Shown here piece by piece: positions 50,498 to 61,179 of a DNA stretch of 64,000 nt. A program made the position numbers and the translations under genes. The notes beneath the pieces were generated by a model. That model saw only the letters and a list, made by a program, of their open reading frames with translations, had not been told where the DNA came from and ran no database searches. The stretch comes from Candidatus Dormiibacterota bacterium (GTDB lineage Bacteria > Chloroflexota > Dormibacteria > Aeolococcales > Aeolococcaceae). The first letter of the stretch is position 1; each line of letters opens with the position of its first letter. The stretch is from positions 2,432,001 to 2,496,000 of the forward strand of contig OY970355.1 in assembly GCA_963718525.1 (NCBI GenBank). Reading direction: 5' to 3'.

Positions 50498-50689
50498 TCA
50501 GACCCAGGCGACCGGCTGGGACTTCTTCCCGGTTGCGTGTTGGGCGGCCTGCAGGTCGTCCATGGTCACCTCAACGCGGAGCACGCCCTCGCAGCTGTGG
50601 CACACCAGGTTGAACGACTCGGGCCGGACGATCTGACGGGCGATCGCCTGCCGGTGCCCGCAGCATTCACACGTGACGACAGCTCGCAT
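50498..50689 (-). CDS. small zinc-ribbon protein
   Basis: GGAGGAG RBS; CECC...CHSC. Confidence 0.65.
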   Translation of the reverse strand: MRAVVTCECCGHRQAIARQIVRPESFNLVCHSCEGVLRVEVTMDDLQAAQHATGKKSQPVAWV

Positions 50690-50802
50690 CACTCCTCCGC
50701 CGGGCCGGCCTGTCCGGTCCGCAAGGCCTCGGAGCTTCCCACCAGTGCCCCGGCACGCTGCCCAATCCATGGCTCCGCGACATCGTCGTTGCAGATTTGC
50801 GA

Positions 50803-52200
50803 TCAGGTCTGGTCGGCGCCCGCAGCGGCCGGTGCGAGGTCCGGTTCGAGGACCTGCAGACGCTGCCAGCCGAACCACCGGACCGCCACCGCGATGATGA
50901 TGAGAATCGCGCCAAGCGCGGCGACAACACGAGCCACGCCGATCAGATCGGAGACGACGCCCGCAAGCAGCAACGGTATCGCCACTGCCGCGTTGATCAC
51001 GGTGAAGATGCCGCCGAAGATGCGCCCACGGCTCTCGGTGTCGGTGCGTTCCTGAAGAACAGTGAACCCGGGGATGAGCATCGCGCCCAGCGCGCACCCG
51101 AACAGCACGCCCACGGCGACTGCGAGCGGGACCATCAACCCAGGGAGGCCGTGGGTGCGAAGCACGTCGGGAACGATGCCCATGATGAGCAGCGACAGGC
51201 CCGCGCCACTGATGGCGGCAACCAGGGTCTTGGCGCGCGGGAAACTCGTCCGCTGACCCAGCAGCGCGGCCGTGCCGATGAGCCCGAACATCGCCGGCAC
51301 GAGGACGATGTACGTCTCGGTGTCAGACCGGTTGAGCACCTCGACGAGATACACCGGCCCGAGCGCGAAGATGGTGAAGACCACAACGATCGCAAGCGTC
51401 AGCTGATAGAGCCCGAGACGGAGCGGCGGGCTGTTGCGGAGGATTTCGATGCCGTCGCGCAACTCGCGCAGGATGCTTGGCGACGGGCCGCTGACCTCCT
51501 GCTCAGCACGAAGGCTGACACTCACCCTCCACACCGATATCGCCGCAAGCCCGAAGAGACCCGTCGCGATGAAGAACGGTGCCTGGTTGCCGAAGAAGCC
51601 GATCGCAATCGTCGCCGCCGGCACACCGAGAACGAGGGTCATGATGACCGTGGTCATGAAGAGCGAGGTTGCCTCGGTGATCTGCTGGCGCGTGACCAAT
51701 GTGGGGATGCTCGCGGCTTCGGCGGGAGCGAAGATCTGTCCCGCTGAGCTGAAGAGCAGCGTGATCACGATGAGCGGCCACGCCTGACCGCGCAGCGGCG
51801 GGAACAGCTGCGCAATCGGGATGAGGAGGATGAGACCGGCGCGAGCCACGTTGGTGCCGATCATCAGCGCGCGTTTGTCGTGTCGATCCGCGTAGACGCC
51901 GGCGGGAGCGCTCAGCAGAACGCTCGGCAACGTGTACGCGATCATCAGCACCGACTGCAGCGATGCGCGCTTGGTGAGCGTGTACATGAAGACGAGCAGC
52001 GTGAACATGAGGAACTTGTCGGCGAGCTGCGAGAGCAGCTGGGCCAACCACAGGTACCGGAAATCGCGACGGCGAAGAACTGCGGCGAATCCCTTGCGCT
52101 GCTCGTCGGCAGCGGCAATCGCCGGGCGTGCCGCGTGGAGCGGCGCAACCTGGCCGTCCTCACGGGGCTCGGTTGCGTCACGGGTGACGGGCTGCCTCAT
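50803..52200 (-). CDS. MFS transporter
   Basis: AGVYADRHDKR motif, about 12 TM helices, RGRIFG. Confidence 0.9.
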   Translation of the reverse strand: MRQPVTRDATEPREDGQVAPLHAARPAIAAADEQRKGFAAVLRRRDFRYLWLAQLLSQLADKFLMFTLLVFMYTLTKRASLQSVLMIAYTLPSVLLSAPAGVYADRHDKRALMIGTNVARAGLILLIPIAQLFPPLRGQAWPLIVITLLFSSAGQIFAPAEAASIPTLVTRQQITEATSLFMTTVIMTLVLGVPAATIAIGFFGNQAPFFIATGLFGLAAISVWRVSVSLRAEQEVSGPSPSILRELRDGIEILRNSPPLRLGLYQLTLAIVVVFTIFALGPVYLVEVLNRSDTETYIVLVPAMFGLIGTAALLGQRTSFPRAKTLVAAISGAGLSLLIMGIVPDVLRTHGLPGLMVPLAVAVGVLFGCALGAMLIPGFTVLQERTDTESRGRIFGGIFTVINAAVAIPLLLAGVVSDLIGVARVVAALGAILIIIAVAVRWFGWQRLQVLEPDLAPAAAGADQT

Positions 52201-53078
52201 CGCGTGACCGACCTCACCTCCGCGACTGCGCGAGCGAGGAGCTGCCACTCATCGAGCCGAAGCGTACCCGGCCGGCGCCCCGGATCGATACCCGCGCCGG
52301 CCAGGGCAGTCCCAGCGCCGGCAACGTCGCCGCCGAGGGCACGCGACAGTCCGTTCCGCAGCGTCTTGCGGCGAGACTGGAACAGCGGCTTGGCAAGCGC
52401 GAGCATCGATGCCCGGATCGCCGGGTCCGCGTTGGGGGTGGGCACGATCCTGATGATCGAGGAATGCACCGCCGGTGGTGGGTCGAAGGCACTCGGCGGC
52501 ACGTCAAGGATGCGCTCGACGCCGGCAAGCGATCGAATGGCAACCGTTGCGAGGCTCCAGTCCCCCGGCGCGGCGGCGAGTCTCGCCGCCACCTCGCGCT
52601 GCACCAGCACGACGGCCCTCGCGGGAGGCTCTGCGGTTTCGACGAGACGCATCAGTACCAGCCCGGTCAACTGGTAGGGAAGATTGCCGGTCGCGAGCCA
52701 GCCGGTGGTGAAGCCGAGGGCGGCAGGATCGACGGTTCGGGCATCCGCTTCGAGCACGGTCACGTTGGGATTCGCACGCTGGGTGATCTCGGTTCCAGCC
52801 ACGCAGGCGGGATCGACGTCGATCGCCACGACTCGACGCGCCCGCGCTGCCAGCGCGCCGGTGAGCGTGCCGAGCCCGCAGCCGATCTCGAGCACCTCGC
52901 TCTCCGGCCCGGGGTCGAGTGCGTCGACGATGGCATCGAGGACGTCGCGGTCGATCAGGAAGTGCTGGCCGAGGCTGGTGTCGCGACGGAGACCGACGCG
53001 GTGGGACACCGCCGTGAGCGTCCTCGGGTCGGTGAGGTCGAGCGGCCGGCGGGCACGCTCGCGGGTCTGCTCAGCCAC
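52197..53078 (-). CDS. rsmA: 16S rRNA dimethyltransferase RsmA/KsgA
   Basis: LGQHFL, LEIGCGLGTLT, GNLPYQ, QREVA. Confidence 0.95.
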   Translation of the reverse strand: MAEQTRERARRPLDLTDPRTLTAVSHRVGLRRDTSLGQHFLIDRDVLDAIVDALDPGPESEVLEIGCGLGTLTGALAARARRVVAIDVDPACVAGTEITQRANPNVTVLEADARTVDPAALGFTTGWLATGNLPYQLTGLVLMRLVETAEPPARAVVLVQREVAARLAAAPGDWSLATVAIRSLAGVERILDVPPSAFDPPPAVHSSIIRIVPTPNADPAIRASMLALAKPLFQSRRKTLRNGLSRALGGDVAGAGTALAGAGIDPGRRPGTLRLDEWQLLARAVAEVRSVTR

Positions 53079-53889
53079 CTGCCATGTCCATGGCGGCTGT
53101 CGCCATGCCCAGCACGCGATGGGCGGTGCGTGTTGTCGCGGCGCGCACATCCGCCACCGAAGCGCCCCGCAGGCGCGCCACCGTGGCCGCCGTGATCGCA
53201 ACTCGCTCCGGGAGGTTCGGCTTGCCGCGCTCGGGAACCGGGCTGAGAAACGGCGAGTCGGTCTCGACCACGAAACCGTCGTCCGCCACCGAGCGGGCTG
53301 CGTCCTGGATGTTCTCGGTACGCGGGAACGTGACGATGCCCGAGAAGGACGCGATCAAGCCCCGCTCGGCGCACCGGCGGGCGAACGCCGCATCGCCGCT
53401 GAAGCAATGCATGATGCCGGTACTCCCCGGGACGTCCCCAAGGGCGGCGAGCACCTCATCGTGCGCATCGCGGTCGTGGATGAGCACCGGCTTGCCGGCG
53501 TCGCGCGCGAGCTCGAGCATCGCTTGAAACGAGCGCTGCTGGATGTCGAGCGGCACCTCGTGGTACCCGGGACGAAAGAACAGGTCGAGACCAACCTCCC
53601 CGACCGCGACGGCCTTGGGATGGCGCAGCAACGCTGCCAGCGCGTCGAGCTGGCGGCCGTCAGGTGCCGCGGGTTCATGTGGATGCCAGCCACACGTGAA
53701 GTACACCCCGGTGTGCTCCTCGGCGATCCGGCGATTGCGTTCCGAGTCCTCGAGGTTGAGCCCCACGGAGATGATCTCGTCGACCCCTGCCGATGCCGCT
53801 CCCTCGAGGGCCGCATCCAGCAGCCCGCGTTCCTCGAGCAGCACCAGGTGGCAGTGGGTGTCGACGAGAGGCGGCAGCGGCTCGCTCAT
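53071..53889 (-). CDS. tatD: TatD family DNase
   Basis: DTHCHL, GEVGLD, IHDRDA, HCFSG, ETDSPFL. Confidence 0.95.
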   Translation of the reverse strand: MSEPLPPLVDTHCHLVLLEERGLLDAALEGAASAGVDEIISVGLNLEDSERNRRIAEEHTGVYFTCGWHPHEPAAPDGRQLDALAALLRHPKAVAVGEVGLDLFFRPGYHEVPLDIQQRSFQAMLELARDAGKPVLIHDRDAHDEVLAALGDVPGSTGIMHCFSGDAAFARRCAERGLIASFSGIVTFPRTENIQDAARSVADDGFVVETDSPFLSPVPERGKPNLPERVAITAATVARLRGASVADVRAATTRTAHRVLGMATAAMDMAGG

Positions 53890-54569
53890 GGGTGTGCTCC
53901 GACCACCACCGTGCATTCACCCCGCGGCGGCCGCGCCGTGAATTCCTCGACGAGTGTCGCCGCGGTCCCACGGTGCAGCGTCTCATGCAGCTTGGTGAGC
54001 TCCCGGGCAACCACGATCGGACGCTCGCCGAGAACCGGCATCGCGAGGCGCAGTGTCGTGGTGATCCGCATCGGCGACTCGAAGAAGGCGATGGTCCGCT
54101 CCTCGCGCAGCGCATCGTCGAGGACCCGGAGGAGCTTGCCCGCGGTGCGCGGCAGGAAGCCGAGAAAGCAGAAGGCGGTCGCCGGAAAGCCGCTCGACGC
54201 GAGCGCGGCGGTCAGGGCCGACGGGCCTGGGATCGGGGTCACGCGGTGGCCTCCGTCGAGCGCGGCGCGGACCAGGAAGGCGCCCGGATCGCTCACCGCC
54301 GGAGTCCCGGCGTCGGTGCAGAGCGCGAGCGTCTCTCCGCGCTCGAGCCGCTCCATCAGCTGCGGGACGCGCCGTCGTTCGTCGAACGCGGGGAGTGAGA
54401 GCACGGGCTTGTGCACGCCATGCGCGCTGAGCAAGACCTTGGTCCGCCGCGAATCCTCCGCGATCACCGCATCGCACTCGCGAAGCACACGCAACCCGCG
54501 CAGGGTGATGTCCTCGAGGTTGCCGATCGGCGTCGCCACAACAGCGAGCGTTCCTGTCAGGTCGCTCAT
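53886..54569 (-). CDS. rsmI: 16S rRNA C1402 2'-O-methyltransferase
   Basis: [31 protein letters not shown]. Confidence 0.96.
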   Translation of the reverse strand: MSDLTGTLAVVATPIGNLEDITLRGLRVLRECDAVIAEDSRRTKVLLSAHGVHKPVLSLPAFDERRRVPQLMERLERGETLALCTDAGTPAVSDPGAFLVRAALDGGHRVTPIPGPSALTAALASSGFPATAFCFLGFLPRTAGKLLRVLDDALREERTIAFFESPMRITTTLRLAMPVLGERPIVVARELTKLHETLHRGTAATLVEEFTARPPRGECTVVVGAHP

Positions 54570-55420
54570 CGACCCCAGTCCCGCGGGTAGCGGAACTCCC
54601 GGTCGATGGTCCGGTTGCTCAACTTCGCGATGACCGGCGGGCGGCGCTTGTACTGGCTGCCGCGAACGCGCGCGACGACGTTGTCCACGTCGCCGGGGTC
54701 GAAGCCCAGGGCCACGACCTCGGCCCGGCTGCGCCGCTCGTCGACCAGGAGGTGCAGCACCTCGTCGACAACGGCATAGCGCATGCCGAGCTCGTCCTCA
54801 TCGGACTGGCCGGCCCAGAGGTCGGCACTGGGCGGCTTGGTGAGCACGCTGTGCGGCAGGCCGAGCGCGCTGGCGAGGGCATACACCTGGGTTTTGTAGA
54901 GGTCGCCGATCGGGTTCAGCGCACTCGCCATATCGCCGAAGAGCGTTCCGTATCCGAGGAGCAACTCGGTCTTGTTGGAGGTGCCGAGCACGAGCGCTCG
55001 TTCCGCCATCGAATGGTCGTAGAGGATGGACATGCGCTCGCGGGCCATCTTGTTGCCCCGGCGGGTGCGATCCGCATCCGGAAACTGCTCGAAGTACGCG
55101 TCGACCTGGGGTGTGATGTCGACGACCCTCGGGGTGATGCCAAGGCTGTCGCACACCGCCTGGGCGTCGATCTGCGACTGCGGATCGCTGCTCCGGTATG
55201 GCATGAAGACGGCCACGACGTTGCCGGCTCCGAGCGATGCCACCGCGAGCGCGGTGACCAGTGACGAATCAACTCCTCCCGAGAGTCCGACGATGCCGCG
55301 CTCGAACCCCACCTTGCGCACCCCGTCGGCGATGAAGCCCCGGAGCAGCCCGATGACGAAGGGAGCGTCAACCGCGAGCGTGCCGGCGTCGGAGTCGATC
55401 GGTCTCGGCGTCGTTGACAT
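54566..55420 (-). CDS. nadE: NAD+ synthetase (synthetase domain)
   Basis: [31 protein letters not shown]. Confidence 0.95.
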   Translation of the reverse strand: MSTTPRPIDSDAGTLAVDAPFVIGLLRGFIADGVRKVGFERGIVGLSGGVDSSLVTALAVASLGAGNVVAVFMPYRSSDPQSQIDAQAVCDSLGITPRVVDITPQVDAYFEQFPDADRTRRGNKMARERMSILYDHSMAERALVLGTSNKTELLLGYGTLFGDMASALNPIGDLYKTQVYALASALGLPHSVLTKPPSADLWAGQSDEDELGMRYAVVDEVLHLLVDERRSRAEVVALGFDPGDVDNVVARVRGSQYKRRPPVIAKLSNRTIDREFRYPRDWGR

Positions 55421-56357
55421 CGTTTCTTTCGTCGCGCAGCAGTGGATAGGCGACGCGGGCGCGGCGGACCGCACTCCGCTCGAGGCTGTGGTAGAGGACT
55501 GATTCCTGGGCGCCGGCCACCTCGGCGACCACCGTACCCACCGGGTCGACGATGCGAGACCCTCCCCAGAAGCCAACGCCATCCTCGAATCCGGATCTGT
55601 TGCAGTAGAGGACGTACGTGGTGAACAGCTGCGCATACGTGCGGGTCATGACGTCGTAGCTGCCGGCGGTGCCGACGGCCTCCCCCTGGTGCAGGCCGCG
55701 CCCTGGAGATGCTGACGGGCAGATGATCAGATCCACACCTTGGCGGGCGAGCAGCACGGCGGCTGACGGGTGCCAGAGGTCCTCGCAGATGAGGATGCCC
55801 GCCCGCCAGCGATGCCTGGCGCGGTCCCCGAGTGGCGCGTCGAAGGCGCGGAATCGATTCCCCGCAGCCAGGTACCGCTGCTCGTCGAAGAGGCCGTAGG
55901 TCGGGAGGTAGACCTTGCGGTGGACGTGCACGATCTCGCCACCGCTGATGTACAGCGAGGCGTTGTAGAACCGATGCTCGGCGCTCTCGAAAATCAGGCC
56001 GGCCACGATGTCGATGCCGCCCTCGCGCGACGCATCGCGAAGCGTGTCGATCTCGGGTGCGTGAAGGCCGAGCGCGATCTCCGGGACCTGGTCCTTGAGG
56101 AAGTACCCGGTGAGTGAGAGCTCGGGAAAGACGACCAGGGCGGCACCGGTCGCGGCGGCGCTCGAGATGATCGTGAGATGCGCCGCCAGGTTCGCCGCAA
56201 GATCCCCGAGCCGCGGATAGAACTGCGCCAGCGCGATGCTCACCGAGCCGGCGGGATCGGGGATCGCCTCGCGCGCCGTCAGTGGCTCGTGAATCGCCGC
56301 CCCGGCTGGGGCCGCCACCACCGGTGTCACGCTGGTTCGAGATCGTTCGAGGACCAT
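55368..56357 (-). CDS. nitrilase-family amidase, probable glutaminase subunit of NAD synthetase
   Basis: [30 protein letters not shown] (E-K-C triad); overlaps nadE. Confidence 0.88.
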   Translation of the reverse strand: MVLERSRTSVTPVVAAPAGAAIHEPLTAREAIPDPAGSVSIALAQFYPRLGDLAANLAAHLTIISSAAATGAALVVFPELSLTGYFLKDQVPEIALGLHAPEIDTLRDASREGGIDIVAGLIFESAEHRFYNASLYISGGEIVHVHRKVYLPTYGLFDEQRYLAAGNRFRAFDAPLGDRARHRWRAGILICEDLWHPSAAVLLARQGVDLIICPSASPGRGLHQGEAVGTAGSYDVMTRTYAQLFTTYVLYCNRSGFEDGVGFWGGSRIVDPVGTVVAEVAGAQESVLYHSLERSAVRRARVAYPLLRDERNDVNDAETDRLRRRHARG

Positions 56358-59128
56358 TGGGCTGATTCTCCCACGGTCTCCGGCAATGCCCCCGAGTTGA
56401 CGAACGCATCGACCATCGCGGGAACGCGATCCAGCGCCGTCACCGCCCTCGGGGCCGGAGGCAGGGATTGCAGGAAACCCATCCCGTACTGACGGGTGCG
56501 CAGGCGAGGATCGCAAAGCACGACCGCCCCGCGATCGGTGCCGCTCCGGATCAGGCGTCCGAACCCCTGGCGGAGCCGGATGGTCGCGACCGGAAGGATG
56601 TACTCGCCGAACGGGTCGTGCAACCGCTCGGATCGCGCCCTGACCAGGGGATCGGTCGGAACCGGGAACGGTAGCTTGTCGATCACGACGCAGCGCAGGC
56701 GGTCGCCCGGGATGTCGACCCCCTCCCAGAAGCTGCTCGTCGCCAGGAGGACGGTGCGCGGATCTGAGAGAAAGCTCTGCAGGATCTGCCTGCGGGTGCC
56801 GTCGAGGCCCTGCGCAAGGCTGGCGATGCCGCGCGTGTCGAGGCGTTCCTGGAGGAGGGCCCATACGCGTTTCAGCGGCCCGTAGCTCGTGAACAGCACA
56901 AGGGTGTGCCCCTCGAGCCGCGCCGCGATGCCGTCGATGAGCGTGGCCATCTGCTGGTCGTGCCCCGGGTCGTCGTAGGCGGTCGCATCCTCCGGCAGGA
57001 TGCACAGCGCCTGGCGGAGATAGTCGAATGGGGATTGCAGGAGCAACTCGTCGGCGCCGGCACCGATCCCCACGCGACGCCGGATGAAATCGAAGCGACC
57101 TCCGACCGACAGCGTTGCTGAGGTCAGCACCACCAACTCGACCGGGTCGAACACCGCCTCGGCGAGGGGCACCGAAACGTCGACCGGCGCCTCGTGCAAC
57201 TCCGCCTGCTCGCCACGCATCTCGATCCACGTGACCATGCCCTCTCGTGGCCGGACGATCACGTGGTCGATCGCCGCGGCGATCCCCGCCAGCGATTCGG
57301 CAGCGTGCTCGAGCTCGTCATCCGCACGATCCGGTTGGGGCAGGAGTTCCGTCTGCAAGCCCGCCGGCGCACCCGACAGCAACGCGCCTGCGGTGCGCTG
57401 GAGCACACCGGCAGCATGCACGGCCGAGCGTTCGACGAATCCGAATCCTGGATCGCTTCGTATCGCCTCGGACAGACCGATACGGCCATTGGCCGCGTGC
57501 TCCCCGCCCAGCTTGGCGGACATGAATCCCTTGGCGTCGCCGAAGAGACGCTGCCCCGCCTCGCGGCACCGCTCCAGCGCCGCCGCGAGTGGCGTCCCCG
57601 CCATCGCCGGGATGCGGTCGAGGACAAGCGTGAGGTCCGCCAGCCGCTCGGTCACGCCGAGCTGCTCGGTGGCGACTGACTCCAGGTGGTGCGCCTCGTC
57701 GACCACCAATGCCTCATACGGTCCGAGTACCTGACCCTGGCGCTCATTGCCGGCGAGGAGGAGCGCATGGTTCGTGACAACAATGGCCGCATCCGCCGCG
57801 GCGCGTCGGGCCCCGACCATGTAGCAGGTCGCGGTCGGCCAGTTGGCGCATGCGGGGCCGAGGCAGTCGGTCACGTCCGACGCGACGCGTCGCCAGAGTT
57901 GCTCCTCGTCCCCGGCGAGATATACCTCGGAACGGTCTCCGGTCTTCGTGGTCGCAAGCCACGCGAGCATCTTCAGCTTGAAGCGAATCGACACCAGGTC
58001 GGGCTCGTGGCCCACGACGTCCGGCGCCACCAGGAATCGCCGCCACCTGCGCAGGCTCAGGTAGTGGTTGCGCCCCTTGAGGACGGCGACGGGCACGGGC
58101 GTGTCGAGCAGACCGGCCACCGCCGGGATGTCATGGTCTGCGAGCTGCTCCTGGAGATTGATGGTGTGGGTTGCGACCACCGCGCGCCTTCCCGTTCGCG
58201 CGGTCCAGAGTGCGAGCGGCGTCAGGTAGGCGAGCGACTTCCCAACCCCCGTCCCGGCTTCCACCATCAGGCGCCGTTTGCGCTCGAGTGTCTGACCGAT
58301 TGCCGTAGCCATCTGGAGCTGCGCCGCTCGATATTCGTAGCCCTCGCGGCCGGCGAGGGGTCCATCGGGACCCAGCAGCGCGGCCGCTGCGTCGCCGACG
58401 CCCATGCCGTCGAGTGCCTGCGACGGCCGGCCGGCACTGGTGCGCGGCGCAGGCGTCGCGGCGATGAGGACCTGGCCGGCGGGAGGCTCCGCGTCGATGC
58501 CCGGGCGGGTCATGACGTCGGCGAAGAAGGCATCGAACGGCCCGGGGGCCTGGGACGCCACGCGGCGCATCTCCGTCGTTGCCGTTGCCGGCAGCCTCCG
58601 GCCGGCGCCCACGAGGAGCCGAAAGAGATCGCCGGTTGCCATGGCGTCGCTCAGCGCCCGATGGGGACGCTCATGCATGATCCCGAGGCGGCGGCTGAGC
58701 AGCGGCAGGCTGTGGGTCTCGAACGTCGGCAGCAGCACCCTGGCGAGGTCGAGCGTGTCGTAGATCAAGCGCGCACCGAACGCCTCCGGGAGCAGCCCGC
58801 GGAGGAAGAGCAGGTCGAACGTCCCGCCATGGGCGATGAGCGCGGCGTCCCCGCAGAATTCGGCGAGTCGAGCCACCGCCTCCGCTGGAGGCGGCGCGCC
58901 CACCACGTCGTCATCGCTCAGGCCGACGAGACGCTGAATGGCAAGCGGAATCGGGATCTGCGGGTCGACCACGATCTGAAGTTCGTCGATCGGGCGCAGG
59001 GCGCCGTCGTAGCGCACCGCACCGATTTCGAGGATCCGGTCGCTGCGTGGCGAGAGCCCGGTCGTCTCGAGGTCGAAGGCGACCACGTGGTCCGGGTGCG
59101 GCGGGCCCGTGGTCACGCGCTCCATCAT
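56327..59128 (-). CDS. dinG: DinG-family helicase with N-terminal DEDDh exonuclease
   Basis: FDLETTG, HRALSDA, EAGTGVGKS, DEAHH, FWEGVD, QGFGRLIR. Confidence 0.93.
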   Translation of the reverse strand: MMERVTTGPPHPDHVVAFDLETTGLSPRSDRILEIGAVRYDGALRPIDELQIVVDPQIPIPLAIQRLVGLSDDDVVGAPPPAEAVARLAEFCGDAALIAHGGTFDLLFLRGLLPEAFGARLIYDTLDLARVLLPTFETHSLPLLSRRLGIMHERPHRALSDAMATGDLFRLLVGAGRRLPATATTEMRRVASQAPGPFDAFFADVMTRPGIDAEPPAGQVLIAATPAPRTSAGRPSQALDGMGVGDAAAALLGPDGPLAGREGYEYRAAQLQMATAIGQTLERKRRLMVEAGTGVGKSLAYLTPLALWTARTGRRAVVATHTINLQEQLADHDIPAVAGLLDTPVPVAVLKGRNHYLSLRRWRRFLVAPDVVGHEPDLVSIRFKLKMLAWLATTKTGDRSEVYLAGDEEQLWRRVASDVTDCLGPACANWPTATCYMVGARRAAADAAIVVTNHALLLAGNERQGQVLGPYEALVVDEAHHLESVATEQLGVTERLADLTLVLDRIPAMAGTPLAAALERCREAGQRLFGDAKGFMSAKLGGEHAANGRIGLSEAIRSDPGFGFVERSAVHAAGVLQRTAGALLSGAPAGLQTELLPQPDRADDELEHAAESLAGIAAAIDHVIVRPREGMVTWIEMRGEQAELHEAPVDVSVPLAEAVFDPVELVVLTSATLSVGGRFDFIRRRVGIGAGADELLLQSPFDYLRQALCILPEDATAYDDPGHDQQMATLIDGIAARLEGHTLVLFTSYGPLKRVWALLQERLDTRGIASLAQGLDGTRRQILQSFLSDPRTVLLATSSFWEGVDIPGDRLRCVVIDKLPFPVPTDPLVRARSERLHDPFGEYILPVATIRLRQGFGRLIRSGTDRGAVVLCDPRLRTRQYGMGFLQSLPPAPRAVTALDRVPAMVDAFVNSGALPETVGESAQWSSNDLEPA

Positions 59129-59153
59129 GATCGCGGCCGCTGCTCGGCGTCGA

Positions 59154-59840
59154 TCACCCTGGTGCGGCCGCGACGCCCGACCAGAGGTCGAGCGCGGTGC
59201 GGACCACGTCGTCGATGCCGAGAACGCCGGTGTCGAGGTGGTATGCGCCGGGTGCAGGCTGCATCGGTCCATCGCTCCGCGATGCGTCGAGCCGATCGCG
59301 CTCACCGACCTCTCCGCGCATGAGCGCGCTGTCCGGATCCGCGGTGTGTTGCAGTTGCGACGCGCGACGTCGCGCGCGGACCCCTTCCGTCGCGTCCAGG
59401 TACAGCTTGAGTTGCGCGTCCGGGAACACCACGGTGCCGCAGTCACGACCCACTGCGACGGCGCCTAGCGTGGCAAGCCGGCGCTGCGCATCCAGCAAGG
59501 CGGTGCGCACCCCGGGAATGCTGCTGATCGACGCCAGCAGCGGCGCGTTGGCCGGATCACGCAGCGCGGGACCTGCTTCGATGCCGTCCACCGTCGCCGC
59601 ACTGCCCGCATCGTCGTGGGTGGGGTCGGTATCGATGGTCACCACGGTACGGCGCGCGCAGTCGATCAGTGCAGCGCGGTCATCCGGGCCGATCCCGGCG
59701 CGGGCGGCTGCGACCATGACGCCCCGGTAGAACAGTCCGGTGTCGACCAGCGGAAGCCCGAGGGTCCGTGCGAGGTGCCGGCCGAGGGTGGTCTTGCCGC
59801 TCCCCGCAGGACCGTCGATCGTGATGACCGGCGGTGTCAC
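59154..59840 (-). CDS. cmk: cytidylate kinase
   Basis: IDGPAGSGKTT, DTGLFYR, GRDCGTVVFP. Confidence 0.94.
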   Translation of the reverse strand: MTPPVITIDGPAGSGKTTLGRHLARTLGLPLVDTGLFYRGVMVAAARAGIGPDDRAALIDCARRTVVTIDTDPTHDDAGSAATVDGIEAGPALRDPANAPLLASISSIPGVRTALLDAQRRLATLGAVAVGRDCGTVVFPDAQLKLYLDATEGVRARRRASQLQHTADPDSALMRGEVGERDRLDASRSDGPMQPAPGAYHLDTGVLGIDDVVRTALDLWSGVAAAPG

Positions 59841-60592
59841 CGTGGTGGGCGTGAGGCGGTTCGGGCGGCCGCGGGCATGCCCGCGGCGGCGCGGAGGGAC
59901 GACACCTCACCCGGCCTCAGCGCGCGAGCTTCGCCTTCGGGAAGCGCCCCCAGCTCCACGGGGCCGACGGCGATGCGCACGAGATCGCGAACCTCGAGGC
60001 CGACCGCCGCGAAGAGGCGGCGCACCTCGCGTTTTCGTCCCTCGGCCATGACCACCTCCACGACGGCGTCGGAGCCGGAACGCCTTGCGGTCACCGCGCG
60101 CGCAGGCCCGTCCTCGAGCTCGACGCCGGTCGTGAGCTGCTCCAGCTGCTCGGCCGAGATCGCACGATCAACGGTTGCGACGTAGCGTTTGGTCACACCG
60201 TGGCGGGGATGTGACACCGCATGGGCGAGGTCGCCGTCGGTGGTGAGCACGAGCAGCCCGCGGCTGTCGGCGTCGAGCCGCCCGACCGGCACGAGGCCCG
60301 GAACCGGTTCGATCAGGTCCATGACCGTGCGACGCTGATACGGATCGTTTCGCGTGGTCACGACGCCGGCCGGTTTGTTGAGGACGATAGTGACTGAAAC
60401 TGCCCGGCCGGGGATCCGATGCCCATCCACGCTCACGCGGTCCACTGACGGGTTGACGACGGTGCCGACGCGGCTCACCTCGCCGTTGACCGTGACCCGG
60501 CCGTCGGCGATGAGCTGATCCGCACCACGACGGGAGGAGACGCCGCGGCGCGCGAGAAATCGATTCAGCCGCTCCGGCGGATGCGTGCTCAC
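59837..60592 (-). CDS. rluB: 23S rRNA pseudouridine synthase (RluB-like)
   Basis: S4 domain, LNKP, VGRLD, EGRKREVRR. Confidence 0.9.
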   Translation of the reverse strand: MSTHPPERLNRFLARRGVSSRRGADQLIADGRVTVNGEVSRVGTVVNPSVDRVSVDGHRIPGRAVSVTIVLNKPAGVVTTRNDPYQRRTVMDLIEPVPGLVPVGRLDADSRGLLVLTTDGDLAHAVSHPRHGVTKRYVATVDRAISAEQLEQLTTGVELEDGPARAVTARRSGSDAVVEVVMAEGRKREVRRLFAAVGLEVRDLVRIAVGPVELGALPEGEARALRPGEVSSLRAAAGMPAAARTASRPPR

Positions 60593-61179
60593 TCGAAGTT
60601 GGGGAGCACCACGCTCTCGGACACCGGCGGCAGGTCGTCGATGCGCTCGAGGCCGACGAGCTGGAGAAACCGCAACGTGGTGCCGAAGAGGCGCGGGTGC
60701 CCTGGGGTTTCCTGGCGCGCGACCTCGGCGACCAGCCGGCGCTCGGTCAGGTGTTCGAGGACCGCCTCGCAGTCGACACCACGGATCGACTCGATGATTG
60801 CCTTGGTCACCGGCTGGCGATACGCGACGATCGCGAGCGTCTCCATGGCCGCCCGGCTGAGGCGCGACGGACGTTCCGGGTGCAGCGCTCGCTGCACGGC
60901 CCAGGCCATCTCCGGGCGCGTCACCAGCTGGATCGCCTCATCCGAGCGCTGGAGCATGAGCCCCCGGCCGCGGAGATCCATGGCCAGGACCGCTGCTGAC
61001 CGGGCCACGGCCGATGGGCTCCGTTCGAGAATCGCGGCTGCCTCGGCGATGCTCACCTCACGCCCCAGGGCGAAGCAGAGCGCCTCCAGAGCCGGTGCAA
61101 GGTCCTCAGGCTCGGCATCGGCCGTACCCTCGGGCACGGCGGCGCGGCCGAAGACATCGAGCACAAGAACGTCATCCAC
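60589..61179 (-). CDS. scpB: SMC-Scp complex subunit ScpB
   Basis: LSRAAMETLAIVAYRQPVT, IRGV, TTLRFL. Confidence 0.94.
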   Translation of the reverse strand: MDDVLVLDVFGRAAVPEGTADAEPEDLAPALEALCFALGREVSIAEAAAILERSPSAVARSAAVLAMDLRGRGLMLQRSDEAIQLVTRPEMAWAVQRALHPERPSRLSRAAMETLAIVAYRQPVTKAIIESIRGVDCEAVLEHLTERRLVAEVARQETPGHPRLFGTTLRFLQLVGLERIDDLPPVSESVVLPNFE

